A DNA stretch of 64,000 bases from Candidatus Marinacidobacterales bacterium (GTDB lineage Bacteria > Acidobacteriota > Vicinamibacteria > Marinacidobacterales > SMYC01), in the NCBI GenBank assembly GCA_965237955.1, contig OZ250169.1:1408001-1472000 (forward strand), in the 5' to 3' direction. How positions within the stretch are numbered: position 1 is the first letter of the stretch; every line of letters starts with the position of its first letter. Both the position numbers and the translations under genes were made by a program. The notes below the pieces were generated by a model. It saw only the letters and a list, made by a program, of their open reading frames with translations, made no database searches and was not told the origin of the DNA. Below, piece by piece: positions 42,193-51,762 of this stretch.

Positions 42193-42567
42193 CTACAGAT
42201 TGTCGCGAAGCTTGGCCGTGAGGCGCCCCGCCTCCGCCACAGGAACGGGTCGCACCGACACTCCGCCGGGAAGAACTTGCTCGATTTGCTTCGCGAGCTC
42301 CGGAGCGGCGGAGATAATGAATAGCTCTTTCAATCTCTCGGACTGCTCACGAGTCACGAACGTCTGGCCGGCCTCCACCATTTGTAGCACCGCGTCTACT
42401 GACAGCCGAAGCTCATCGTAGCGAGCTTGCTCGCGCGGCTGCATCACGAGAACGTAGTAGAGCACGAGAAAAACCGCGAGTCCGAACGTTCCGACGAGCT
42501 GTACGATGAGCTCCCACCTCGACGGTAGACGTGCAGGGGTATTATCGAAAGGACTTTCGTCCGTCAT
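42193..42567 (-). CDS. Hypothetical single-TM protein, possibly truncated
   Basis: GGAGG RBS before ATG 42567; TM LVGTFGLAVFLVLYYVLV. Confidence 0.5.
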   Translation of the reverse strand: MTDESPFDNTPARLPSRWELIVQLVGTFGLAVFLVLYYVLVMQPREQARYDELRLSVDAVLQMVEAGQTFVTREQSERLKELFIISAAPELAKQIEQVLPGGVSVRPVPVAEAGRLTAKLRDNL

Positions 42568-42661
42568 AGCGCACCTCCCAGTTGATACACGGCTCGGCGA
42601 CGGCCGGCCGAGCCCCACAAGCTGCCGCGTGCGAAGCACGCAAGGTGGGCGAATTCGAGAT

Positions 42662-43048
42662 CCCGTAGCGCCACGTCTGTCTCGGTCCAGGTGCCAGGTC
42701 ACCGCTACGGTCGTAAGAAGCGGCCAATCGATTCTCAGACGCTCCCACGATAGCGCGGGCCGAGTGGGCGGCGAATGATCTATGTCACCACAGCCCAGGC
42801 GCCTCCTCACAAACGAGCTATGATACCGTCCGCTGCGATGACCCGCGCCAACCGCCCGCTTTTCGCGGTCCTATTGCTCAGCCTCGGTCTCAACGCGACC
42901 GCCGTGTGGTGGGGACTCCCCTCGCGCTTCGCGTGGGCGCCCGACGAGCTCCAACCAGCGATCATTCTTCAGGGTATCGACGAGCGATTCTCCGGAGATT
43001 GGCACCAGCCCGCGTACCCGCCGTTTCATTATTACGTGCTCGCGGTTT
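42662..43048 (+). repeat. 387-bp direct repeat, copy 1 (upstream region plus truncated 5' end of the glycosyltransferase)
   Basis: Matches 45857-46244 with one indel and two substitutions seen by eye. Confidence 0.93.
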
Positions 43049-43339
43049 ACAACTCGGGAGGAACATGGGCAACGATTGGTGGCATACTGAAGAAGCAAGC
43101 TGATACGGCTGACGATTTGTGGTCTCAGAACAACTAATTTCAAAGAAAAAGCGACATTGAAGACAGTTAGGTTTCTGACTCCTCGCGTGAAGTTTCTCTA
43201 TTCTTGCCGCTTGTTCTAGCGAAGTTAAACAGCCCGATTCGGGTCTCGGGAAGAGACATTGTCAAGAGTTGTGGATCACTCTCTGACTCAGGCAGCGTCC
43301 CTCGCTTCTTCGTTCAGTCCGTTGCTTCCGGAGAAGGCG

Positions 43340-44311
43340 ATTCGCGCCTGACCGACGGCGAGCGGCGAACCCTGGCTGAGATCGGAAGACAGCTCGGCAG
43401 GCGAGCGCTCGAAGAGGTAGCAAGCATCGGGAGGCCTGAGACGATCCTCGGATGGCACCGCAAGCTTGTCGCGAGGAAGTTCGATGGTTCCAAGAATCGC
43501 GCGTATCCAGGGCGACCACGCGTCGACGAAGAAATCGAGAAGCTGGTTGTACGCATCGCAACGGAAAATCGCTCGTGGGGCTACGATCGGATTGCCGGAG
43601 CGATGGCCAACCTCGCGTATCAAGTGAGCGACCAGACCGTCGGCAACATTTTGAAACGGCATGGCATCGCACCCGCGCCGGAGCGCCGAAAGACCACGAC
43701 GTGGAAGGAGTTCATCCGCTCGCACATGGACGTCCTTGCGGCGACGGATTTCTTCACCGCGAAAGTGTGGACCAAGACCGGGCTCGTCACGTACTACGTG
43801 TTGTTCTTCATACACCTGGCTACCCGGCGCGTTTACATTGTCGGCATCACACCGTATCCCGACGGGCAGTGGATGACCCAGGTGGCACGGAATGTGACCA
43901 TGGCGGATGTCGGGTTTCTCTCCTCGAGTCGTTACTTGATCCACGACCGGGACCCAAAGTTCTGCGAGGCGTTTCAGCTGACCGTCGAAACCGTGCGTAT
44001 CAAGACCGTCAAACTGCCCGCGAGAAGCCCGAATCTGAATTCATTCGCGGAGCGCTGGGTGAGATCGGCGAAGGACGAGTGCCTGTCGAAGCTCATCCTC
44101 TTCGGGGAGAGGTCGCTTCGGCTCGCGCTGAAACACTATGTCGCGCATTTCCACGAAGAAAAGGAATCACCAAGGCAAGGGCAATCTATTGTTGTTCCCG
44201 GCCGTCGAAAGGATGCGTCGGGTCGAAGGCCTGGTTCGTTGTTGGGAACGGCTCGGCGGACTGCTCCGATACTACTATCGGGAAGCTGCATGAGTTTTTT
44301 GACCATACGGG
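43340..44311 (+). mobile_element. 5'-truncated rve/integrase-core transposase element, copy 2
   Basis: Highly similar to 14070-15029; WGYDRI, DFFT, HDRD, N.FAERW; same right end. Confidence 0.88.
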
Positions 44312-44507
44312 AATACGCCGCTCGTGACGCGAAACGATTCGCGGCTCGATGAGCCTGCGCGTCAGTCTGCTCTGTGCCGACCAAGGATCGGACGCTTCGC
44401 GCGAAAGCCGATTGTCAAGTGATGTCGCTTCGGTTAAAGTGGGTTCTTCATGTTCGATGCCGCACTTTCGCGGACGAATCGCTCGGTTCTCAATCCAGGA
44501 GGTTCCA

Positions 44508-45209
44508 ATGCTTGATCCCCTATCCAGGATCGGCGACGCAGGGTTCATCGAAGAGCTCGACGCGATCATCGCCCGACACGCAATGCTCGACCATCCGTTC
44601 TACAAGGCGTGGAACGAAGGAGCGCTCACATGCGAAACGCTCGCCGAGTACGCCAAGCAGTACTATGCACACGTGAGCAATTTTCCAGTTTACGTCAGCG
44701 CCACGCACTCACGATGCGACGACATCAAGGTCCGGCAGCTGCTCTTGGAGAACCTGAACGACGAGGAGAAGGGCGAGGAGAACCATCCCGAGCTCTGGAT
44801 GCGCTTCGCGGAAGGTCTCGGCCTGGGGCGCGCGGAGGTCGCGGCTGCCGAATTGCTTCCTGAAACGAACGCGTCCGTGGCGACGATCAAATCACTGACG
44901 GAGGACCCTGACTACCTCAGCGGTATCGCCGCCCTCTACGCGTACGAGTCGCAGATCCCAGAAGTCGCGCGGACGAAACGCGAAGGCCTGAAGGCGTTCT
45001 ACGGTATCGACGACGCGCGAACGGTCTCGTTTTTCACCGTGCACGAGGAAGCGGATCTCGTGCACCGGCAAATGGAACGCGACATTCTCCGTGAGAAAGC
45101 GACCGATTCGGCATCGCGGCAGAAAGTCCTGCGTGCGGCCGACGCGTCGGCGCAGGCGCTCTGGACGTTTCTCGACGGCGTCCACCGGGCGTTCGTTCCA
45201 GCGGAGTAG
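44508..45209 (+). CDS. CADD-family (TenA/PqqC-like) heme-oxygenase-like diiron protein
   Basis: AGGAGG RBS; L.HPFY.AW..G.L, YAKQYY, ENL.DEE....NHPELW, YAYESQIP, FF.VH..AD..H. Confidence 0.85.
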   Translation: MLDPLSRIGDAGFIEELDAIIARHAMLDHPFYKAWNEGALTCETLAEYAKQYYAHVSNFPVYVSATHSRCDDIKVRQLLLENLNDEEKGEENHPELWMRFAEGLGLGRAEVAAAELLPETNASVATIKSLTEDPDYLSGIAALYAYESQIPEVARTKREGLKAFYGIDDARTVSFFTVHEEADLVHRQMERDILREKATDSASRQKVLRAADASAQALWTFLDGVHRAFVPAE

Positions 45210-45601
45210 CGGAACTTCCACCGGCGCGTTGTATTTCCAAACGAAACCCTTAGATTCAAAAAATCATACGGCTTCTTCTTAGAGCGCGCGTTTTATCGGG
45301 GAGAGCTTAAGTTCGTCCCAGGTGGAACGGGTCGTCGTGGGAAGGTTCGGCCTCCTAGAAGAGTTTCTTGGAACCGGGCGTCCAATGAATGCGCGACCGA
45401 CTCAAAAACTTAGGACATTAGATCCATGATGATGCTTGGAAACCATCGGAATTGCGCCCGACGGGGGTTCGAATGAGTTTGCGGGTGGCGCGTGTAGGCG
45501 AAAGAAGGGGCCGTTTGGGCAGTGAGCCTAGGACAGAGTGAGGCGAGGGTGATTTTGGGAACACGGGTCTTGTTCGAATGACCCCCGAATGGCGCCAAGC
45601 G

Positions 45602-45856
45602 CTATGCCCGCGGCAGGGCGGCAGATGGTAAAGGAGGGTCCCGGCTATTACGATTTTCGAGACGGTCCAAGATCTGGCAGATGACGCTGGGCTCGGTGAT
45701 GAAAGAAACGACGCGCATTTTGCCGCCGCAGTTTTTGCAAATCAACGGGTCGGTTTTGAACACACGGCGGATCAAGTTGGCCCATCGTCGACGAAGGGTT
45801 CTGCGCTGGGTGGCGTTGAGCTCGTCGGCGGCGGCTGCAGGTCGTTTTTTCGGGTA
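45602..45856 (-). pseudogene. IS91-family transposase C-terminal fragment
   Basis: WANLIRRVF..DPL.C..CGG.MRVVSFITEP.VI..IL...RDPP. Confidence 0.8.
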
Positions 45857-46244
45857 CCCGTAGCGGCCACGTCTGTCTCGGTCCAGGTGCCAGGTCACCG
45901 CTACGGTCGTAAGAAGCGGCCAATCGATTCTCAGACGCTCCCACGATAGCGCGGGCCGAGTGGGCGGCGAATGATCTATGTCACCACAGCCCAGGCGCCT
46001 CCTCACAAACGAGCTATGATACCGTCCGCTGCGATGACCCGTGCCAACCGCCCGCTTTTCGCGGTCCTATTGCTCAGCCTCGGTCTCAACGCGACCGCCG
46101 TGTGGTGGGGACTCCCCTCGCGCTTCGCGTGGGCGCCCGACGAGCTCCAACCGGCGATCATTCTTCAGGGTATCGACGAGCGATTCTCCGGAGATTGGCA
46201 CCAGCCCGCGTACCCGCCGTTTCATTATTACGTGCTCGCGGTTT
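45857..46244 (+). repeat. 388-bp direct repeat, copy 2
   Basis: Matches 42662-43048. Confidence 0.93.
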
Positions 46245-47545
46245 CCTACCTTCCGGTTCTCGCGCTCGACATCGTGGACGTCGACAGCATCACCGGCCGC
46301 ACCCTGTTCTATTACTTGGGACGCATCATCTCGCTCGGGATGGGCGTCGGGATTCTGCTGACGATCTACTACCTGGGCGTTGCCGTTTTCGATCGACGTG
46401 CGGCGCTCTTGGCAACGCTGATTGCTGCGTTCACCTCGCCCTTCGTCTACTATGCGAAGATCGCGAATCTCGATGTGCCTGCGGCTTTCTGGGTGCTGTT
46501 GTCCCTGTATTTTTTCGTGCGGCACATCAAGACCGACTCGAGTCGAGATCTCGTGCGTTTCGCTTTCACCGCTGTCATCGCGATGTGCACCAAAGACCAG
46601 GCCTACGCGTTCTATGTTCTGCCGGTCGGACTCTACCTGGTACAGCGTTATCGCCGCGGAAACGCGATTTTCGATCGACCGCGCGTGCTCGCGGCCGTTA
46701 CCGGGACGTTGCTGTTTCTCGCGATCCACAACGTGGTCTTCAACTTCTGGGGTTTCGTTCACCATTTCGAGGAAATTCTCTGGGCTCGGAGCCACTACAC
46801 TAGTTTCGAAGGCTCTGTGTCGCAGCTCAGTCTTGGGGGACAAAGCCTTCGCCACGTGAACTTCGCCTTAGGGTGGCCGATGACGCTTGCTTGCATGCTC
46901 GGCGTTGGCTTCGCCATTCGAGGACGGAAAAACAACCCTCTGCCCCTGTGGCTCCTCTTCTCCGGCATTTCCTACTACTTGTGCTTCATCGCCCCGGTTC
47001 GCAGCACATGGCTGCGCTACATCGTGCCCCTCGTGCTGATCCTGGCCTTGTTCGGAGGACATTTCTTGGCGTGGCTCTGGGCACGCGGGGTCCGATGGCA
47101 TCGAGCCGGAATCCTCGTCGGCCTTGGATACTCGTTTTTCTACGCCGCGTCAGTCGACGTGCTTCTCCTCAACGATGCGCGCTACGAAGTCGAGCGGTGG
47201 TTGAGCGCCCGAGTCCACTCCGACCAAATCGTCGGCTTCGTCGGGCCCGAGTACTATCTTCCACGTCTCGATGAGGTCTCCGCGCGGCGGGTTCGCCCGA
47301 CCGAGACCGTCCTCGAACGAGCGCGCCCCGACTACCTCGTGGTGAACCCCGAGTACGCAGCAAGGTTCGAGCCCGGGACCAGAGAGGGCGAGCTGTTCTC
47401 GAGCCTGGCGGGAGGCCGTTCCGGCTATGGGCTTGCGCTCAGCTATCAATCACAGCCCGCGCCCATGCTTCTCGACTTCGACGGCGTGCTCGGGAACATG
47501 GCGAAATTGAACCCGCTGATCGAAGTGTATGAGAGAGCGCACTAG
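46034..47545 (+). CDS. ArnT/PMT-type (GT-C) membrane glycosyltransferase
   Basis: WGLP...W.PDE, YPP, multiple TMs, TK motif. Confidence 0.8.
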   Translation: MTRANRPLFAVLLLSLGLNATAVWWGLPSRFAWAPDELQPAIILQGIDERFSGDWHQPAYPPFHYYVLAVSYLPVLALDIVDVDSITGRTLFYYLGRIISLGMGVGILLTIYYLGVAVFDRRAALLATLIAAFTSPFVYYAKIANLDVPAAFWVLLSLYFFVRHIKTDSSRDLVRFAFTAVIAMCTKDQAYAFYVLPVGLYLVQRYRRGNAIFDRPRVLAAVTGTLLFLAIHNVVFNFWGFVHHFEEILWARSHYTSFEGSVSQLSLGGQSLRHVNFALGWPMTLACMLGVGFAIRGRKNNPLPLWLLFSGISYYLCFIAPVRSTWLRYIVPLVLILALFGGHFLAWLWARGVRWHRAGILVGLGYSFFYAASVDVLLLNDARYEVERWLSARVHSDQIVGFVGPEYYLPRLDEVSARRVRPTETVLERARPDYLVVNPEYAARFEPGTREGELFSSLAGGRSGYGLALSYQSQPAPMLLDFDGVLGNMAKLNPLIEVYERAH

Positions 47546-47588
47546 CGTGCGCGTGGCTGCCATCGGCCGGCCGCGCTAGAGTGGGGAG

Positions 47589-48155
47589 ATGAAGGACTCG
47601 ATGGCGCGCTTCAACTCGTTGGCGAGTGACGTCGCTCGCAAGTTCGAAGCGATACGGCGGCGGAACCACGGACGCATGGAGTGCCGGGAGGGCTGCGCGG
47701 ATTGCTGTCGCTGCCGCTTGTCGATCACGCGTGTGGAAGAGGCCTATCTTCGCCAAGGGTTGGCGCGATTGCCGCTGTCGGTCCGGCTCGAGCTAAAAAC
47801 CCGAGCCACCACTGAGCCCACTGATTCTGACACGAACGAGATGTGCCCGGCGCTGGACGCGAACGGCTGCTGTAAGATTTATGAGTCGCGCCCGTTGATT
47901 TGTCGTTCTCACGGCGTTCCGCTTCGTTACCGTTACCCGGTGCCGCTGATCCATCCCGCTGTCATCGACGTGTGCGAAAAGAACTTCGCAAACTTAGATG
48001 GTGTTTCGATGAAGTCCCTGCCGATCGAAGACGTTCTCGACCAAACGAGTTTGACGGCCGAGCTCGCAGAGATCGACGCGGACCACTGCGACGAGCACGA
48101 GCTACCGCGCGGCGAGAGGGTGCCGCTCGCACGTATTCTCGCGGAATGCGTCTGA
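47589..48155 (+). CDS. YkgJ-family cysteine-cluster protein
   Basis: C..GC..CC, CP.L, C.IY..RP.ICR. Confidence 0.88.
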   Translation: MKDSMARFNSLASDVARKFEAIRRRNHGRMECREGCADCCRCRLSITRVEEAYLRQGLARLPLSVRLELKTRATTEPTDSDTNEMCPALDANGCCKIYESRPLICRSHGVPLRYRYPVPLIHPAVIDVCEKNFANLDGVSMKSLPIEDVLDQTSLTAELAEIDADHCDEHELPRGERVPLARILAECV

Positions 48156-48170
48156 TGTTTTCAAGAAAAA

Positions 48171-49448
48171 TCATGCGGCGTCGCGGCCGCCGGAGATGCG
48201 GTCCATACCCTGGTGAGCAATCAGCAGTTCGCCGCAGTCGTACTCGCCCCACATCGCATCGTTCAACGAAGCCGCGATCAGCTCCTGGTATTGCGGAAGG
48301 TTGTGGTCTTCGATCGCGGAGAGAATACGGTCGCGGCTGCGCGTCTTGACGCGACGCGAGTAAAGAGCGCAGCAATCCTTATAGGGCTGGATGGAAATAT
48401 CATACGTCCCGATGCGCTCTGCGACTTTCATGATCTCGTTCTTGTCGAAGCCGACGAGCGGTCGCAGGACCGGCATGTCGACGGCTTTGTCGCTCGCGAT
48501 GAGATTCTCAATCGTTTGTGACGCGACCTGAGAAAGACTGTCTCCGGTGCAGAGCGACACGGCTCCCGTCTTTTTCGCCACCGCCTGCGCGACCCGGAAC
48601 AGAAAACGCCGGAAGAGGACGGGCTCGTACCCAGTGTTGCGCCCGCTCAACGCGAGGTCGAAGTGCGTGTAGGGAACGACGAAGAGCCGCGAGCGTACCG
48701 TAAACCGACTGAGCTGCCGCGCTAATTGCCCCGGAACCGACTCCGCGAAGTCATCCTCGGAAACTTGGGACGCGCTCATGTGAACCCAGTCGACGGTGCA
48801 CCCTCGCCGCGCGAGAAGGTACGACGCGACGGGTGAATCGATCCCCCCGGACAAAAGACCCAAAATCGACCCGCTCGTTCCAACGGGAAGGCCTCCGATG
48901 CCTTTCAGCCTATCGGAATAGAAGAACAGGCTGTCGGAATAGATATCGATGTAGAACGTCTGGTCGGGATCGCCGAGCCGCACTCGATCCCAATCGGTGC
49001 GCTCTCGAATGGCCTGTCCCAGCCAGGTTTCGAGCTCGGACGACGGAAGCGGGAACCTCTTGTCAACGCGATGCGCGCGCACCGCGAACGTACGGTCAGG
49101 TTGATAGCTCTCCTCGGCCAGGCGTACGGTGAGGTCCTCCACGGTGGCGCGATCGAGCTCACCGTCGACGAGAATGTCGCCTCGTTTCAATCGCACCGCG
49201 GGAGCTAGCGAGCTCACCCCGGCCACGCGTTGCAGCGTTTCCAGAACCGAGCGGAGCGATTGCGCGTCATAGTCGCGTGCCTCGACGTAGAGGCGCCCGC
49301 AGTTCATCTTGACGGGCCAGCGGAGCTCGTGCCGGCGCAGCACGTGTCGTACGTTCGCTTTCAACCGCGCCCAGAAGTCCCCTTGGTTTCTCCCTTTCAG
49401 CGTGATCTCCGGAGAACGGAGAATGATTTCCAGCGCCTGGGTACCCAT
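48171..49448 (-). CDS. thiI: tRNA 4-thiouridine synthase
   Basis: EI.LKGRN, THUMP domain, GGLPVG, LSGGIDSPVA, GDSL.QVASQT, DCC. Confidence 0.92.
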   Translation of the reverse strand: MGTQALEIILRSPEITLKGRNQGDFWARLKANVRHVLRRHELRWPVKMNCGRLYVEARDYDAQSLRSVLETLQRVAGVSSLAPAVRLKRGDILVDGELDRATVEDLTVRLAEESYQPDRTFAVRAHRVDKRFPLPSSELETWLGQAIRERTDWDRVRLGDPDQTFYIDIYSDSLFFYSDRLKGIGGLPVGTSGSILGLLSGGIDSPVASYLLARRGCTVDWVHMSASQVSEDDFAESVPGQLARQLSRFTVRSRLFVVPYTHFDLALSGRNTGYEPVLFRRFLFRVAQAVAKKTGAVSLCTGDSLSQVASQTIENLIASDKAVDMPVLRPLVGFDKNEIMKVAERIGTYDISIQPYKDCCALYSRRVKTRSRDRILSAIEDHNLPQYQELIAASLNDAMWGEYDCGELLIAHQGMDRISGGRDAA

Positions 49449-49594
49449 GGCTCGTCCGGTCACGGCATTTCAGCTTATCAGTTCATTCACGGCCAAGCAC
49501 ATTCCCGCGCCCGGCATGCGACAATAGTTATGTCGCCGAAGAAGGCTTCGGTGCGGTTGGGGGCCACTTATGGTGGTGTACCGGGCCTTCTCGG

Positions 49595-49790
49595 CGGCAT
49601 TGGCATCCTCTGTCGTCGAGGTGCTGCCGGAAATAGCCCTTTCGGTGCACGAGGGTGATGGCGACGAGCGGGAGCCCCCAATCCGCCGCCGTCAACGTAT
49701 CGCCCGCGAGCACTCCCAACCCTCCGGAGTAGGTATGGATATCCTCGCTGAGGCCGATCTCCATCGAAAAGTAAGCAATCTTGAGCTCCG
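49595..49790 (-). pseudogene. glgP: Alpha-glucan phosphorylase N-terminal fragment
   Basis: [10 protein letters not shown]...[11 protein letters not shown]...GYFRQ. Confidence 0.75.
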
Positions 49791-49927
49791 GCAAAACCGC
49801 AAAACCCTCCTGGAAGCCGAAAAGACTAGCATACGGCCGGCTAGAAAGCCGACGAGATTGCAGGTAAAATTGAAGCCAGACCTCGAAAATCACTTAACCC
49901 GCTGGACTTCAGAGAGAGGATCAACCC

Positions 49928-50392
49928 ATGGAACTCTATTTGGTGCGGCACGGCGATGTAGATCCGAACGTCGGCGATGCGGGCGAGGGACCGCCCCTCA
50001 CAGAAGCCGGGTTGGCGCATGTGCGCCGGTGCGCCAATTTCGCGGCCCGACTCGGCGTGGAAATTGGTGAGATCCGGCACTCGGAAGCGCTGCGATCCAT
50101 CCAAACCGCGCAGGAGTTTGAGCAGACCCTTCAATGCCCGCGGAAGCAAGTAACCGGCATCGGGCCAGACGACGATATCAACCCGCTTCGGAGAGAAGCC
50201 GCCGGGCTAAAACAGAACGTCATGGTCATCGGCCATCTCCCGTACTTGAATCGGATCGCCGGTGCACTTCTCGCCCAGGACGAGAGCATGCCCGTGGTCG
50301 TCTTCCACCCTGCGTCCCTAGTCCGCCTGGACCGCAGAGAGGACGCAAGGTGGAGCATTCAGCTTGTATTGCCGATTGGGGTGATGCCCTAG
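49928..50392 (+). CDS. sixA: Phosphohistidine phosphatase SixA
   Basis: LYLVRHG, LT..G, HS...R..QTA, GHLP. Confidence 0.85.
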   Translation: MELYLVRHGDVDPNVGDAGEGPPLTEAGLAHVRRCANFAARLGVEIGEIRHSEALRSIQTAQEFEQTLQCPRKQVTGIGPDDDINPLRREAAGLKQNVMVIGHLPYLNRIAGALLAQDESMPVVVFHPASLVRLDRREDARWSIQLVLPIGVMP

Positions 50393-50494
50393 TGAGCTCC
50401 CCTACGGGGAGCGGTTCCGCCCTCGGCCATCCGCCCTCGGCCATCGGCAGGGGACAGTTGATGGCTGGCCCTGGTCAGCGTCACATCACCGCGA

Positions 50495-50523
50495 GCTGAT
50501 GGCTGACGGCTGATGGCCGATGG
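50495..50523. repeat. Degenerate GCTGATG heptamer array
   Basis: gctgatg gctgacg gctgatg gccgatg. Confidence 0.75.
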
Positions 50524-50539
50524 CGCCGCGATAGTGGTT

Positions 50540-50765
50540 TTACTGCGGTCCCCAAATCCTCAGGCTGCCATCCCCCAACGCGCCCACGATCTGGGGCTCC
50601 TCGCCAGTGACGACGACGCCAGTGAAGACCTCGTCCGCGCCGCCCCAGAGCGTCGTGCGCGGGTTGCCGGTGTTCAAATCCCAAATGATGAGGCTGTTGT
50701 CCATCGCGACGCTGCCTTGGTGCACAACTCCGATAGAGGCCGAGAGCTCGCTTGGCCCCGACTCC
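50540..50765 (-). pseudogene. WD40-repeat C-terminal fragment
   Basis: DNSLIIWDL, DGSLRIW. Confidence 0.5.
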
Positions 50766-50767
50766 CA

Positions 50768-51640
50768 TCATCCGGTCATCTCGCTATCAGGCATCCCGAG
50801 CGCCGTCATGGTGTTGAGAATCTTGCACCCGATCCTTGCCTCGACTCTCTGTGCCGCCAACCCTCTCGCTCGCATCGCTGAGCCCACGATAGCCTTGTAG
50901 CGATGGAACGTTGTCTCGACTTTGCTCCGTTTGCTGTAGCCCGATTCTGTGTGCCACTTTCGTTTGCCGAGCCGAGCTTGTGCTGCAATATTGCGATTAC
51001 GCTGTCGGCTGCTCGCCGGCCCCGATGCGAGCTGGGCGCCCTTGCGCGGCGGTATCAGCACCCTCGGCGAGCGATGAGCGCTGTGATTTTCGATCGCCTC
51101 ATAGACGCCGCTGGCGTCGTATGCGGTGTCAGCTCTAGCCGATGAGATGGGACTGTCGATCTGTCCGACAAGCGATGCAACCCGCGATGAATCGCGGGCT
51201 CTTTTGCTCGTCAGCTCGCAGGCGACGACTTCGCCACGCTGCTCGTCGACACACAGATGGAGCTTGCGATAGTCCCTGCTATTTGGTGCTCTGCGCAGCT
51301 GGCCGGCGTGGACAGCGAGACCGCTGCTGTCGATCAAGATGTGCAACGGCGTCTTCTGCTTGTCTTGGTAGAAGGGGACCTTACCCAGCTTCGCCTTGCG
51401 CCTCGAGATCGTGGTGTGATCGGGCACATCATTGTCTAGCTTCATCAGAGCGAACAACGATCGCAGCAATCCCTCGCTCTGCCTAGACGACAGATGAAAC
51501 ACCATGCCCAGGGTGACAGCCGTCTCGATGGCGTGGTTCGAGTACTTGCGTTGACGGCCCGGTTTCCTCCTCCTTGGCCGGGGCGCGTCCCAGTTCACAA
51601 GCTTGCCGGCGGTGAGCGAGATCCAGACGGTCGCTGGGAC
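50768..51640 (-). mobile_element. IS5-family transposase, 5' truncated
   Basis: GRQ..YS..AIET, PDHTTISRR, IDSSGL, RKLHL, AD.AYD, Y..RS.VET. Confidence 0.85.
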
Positions 51641-51762
51641 TCGCCGGGATGGGAATGGGCTCGATGATGTAGTCTTTCAACCGTTACTGGCGAACGTTTA
51701 CTGTCGGCAACAAGAAAAGAAACCCGACGCTCCAAGACTTCAACCAGGTCCTCCTCTTCGCG

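Noticed and set aside
43204-43340. N-terminus of the 382-aa transposase ORF
   Set aside because: It is unrelated to copy 1's N-terminus and is a chance open frame upstream of a 5'-truncated element.
45210-45600. Possible ncRNA or tRNA in a long intergenic gap
   Set aside because: No cloverleaf or recognisable RNA motif; it may be IS91 terminal sequence, but this cannot be supported by eye.
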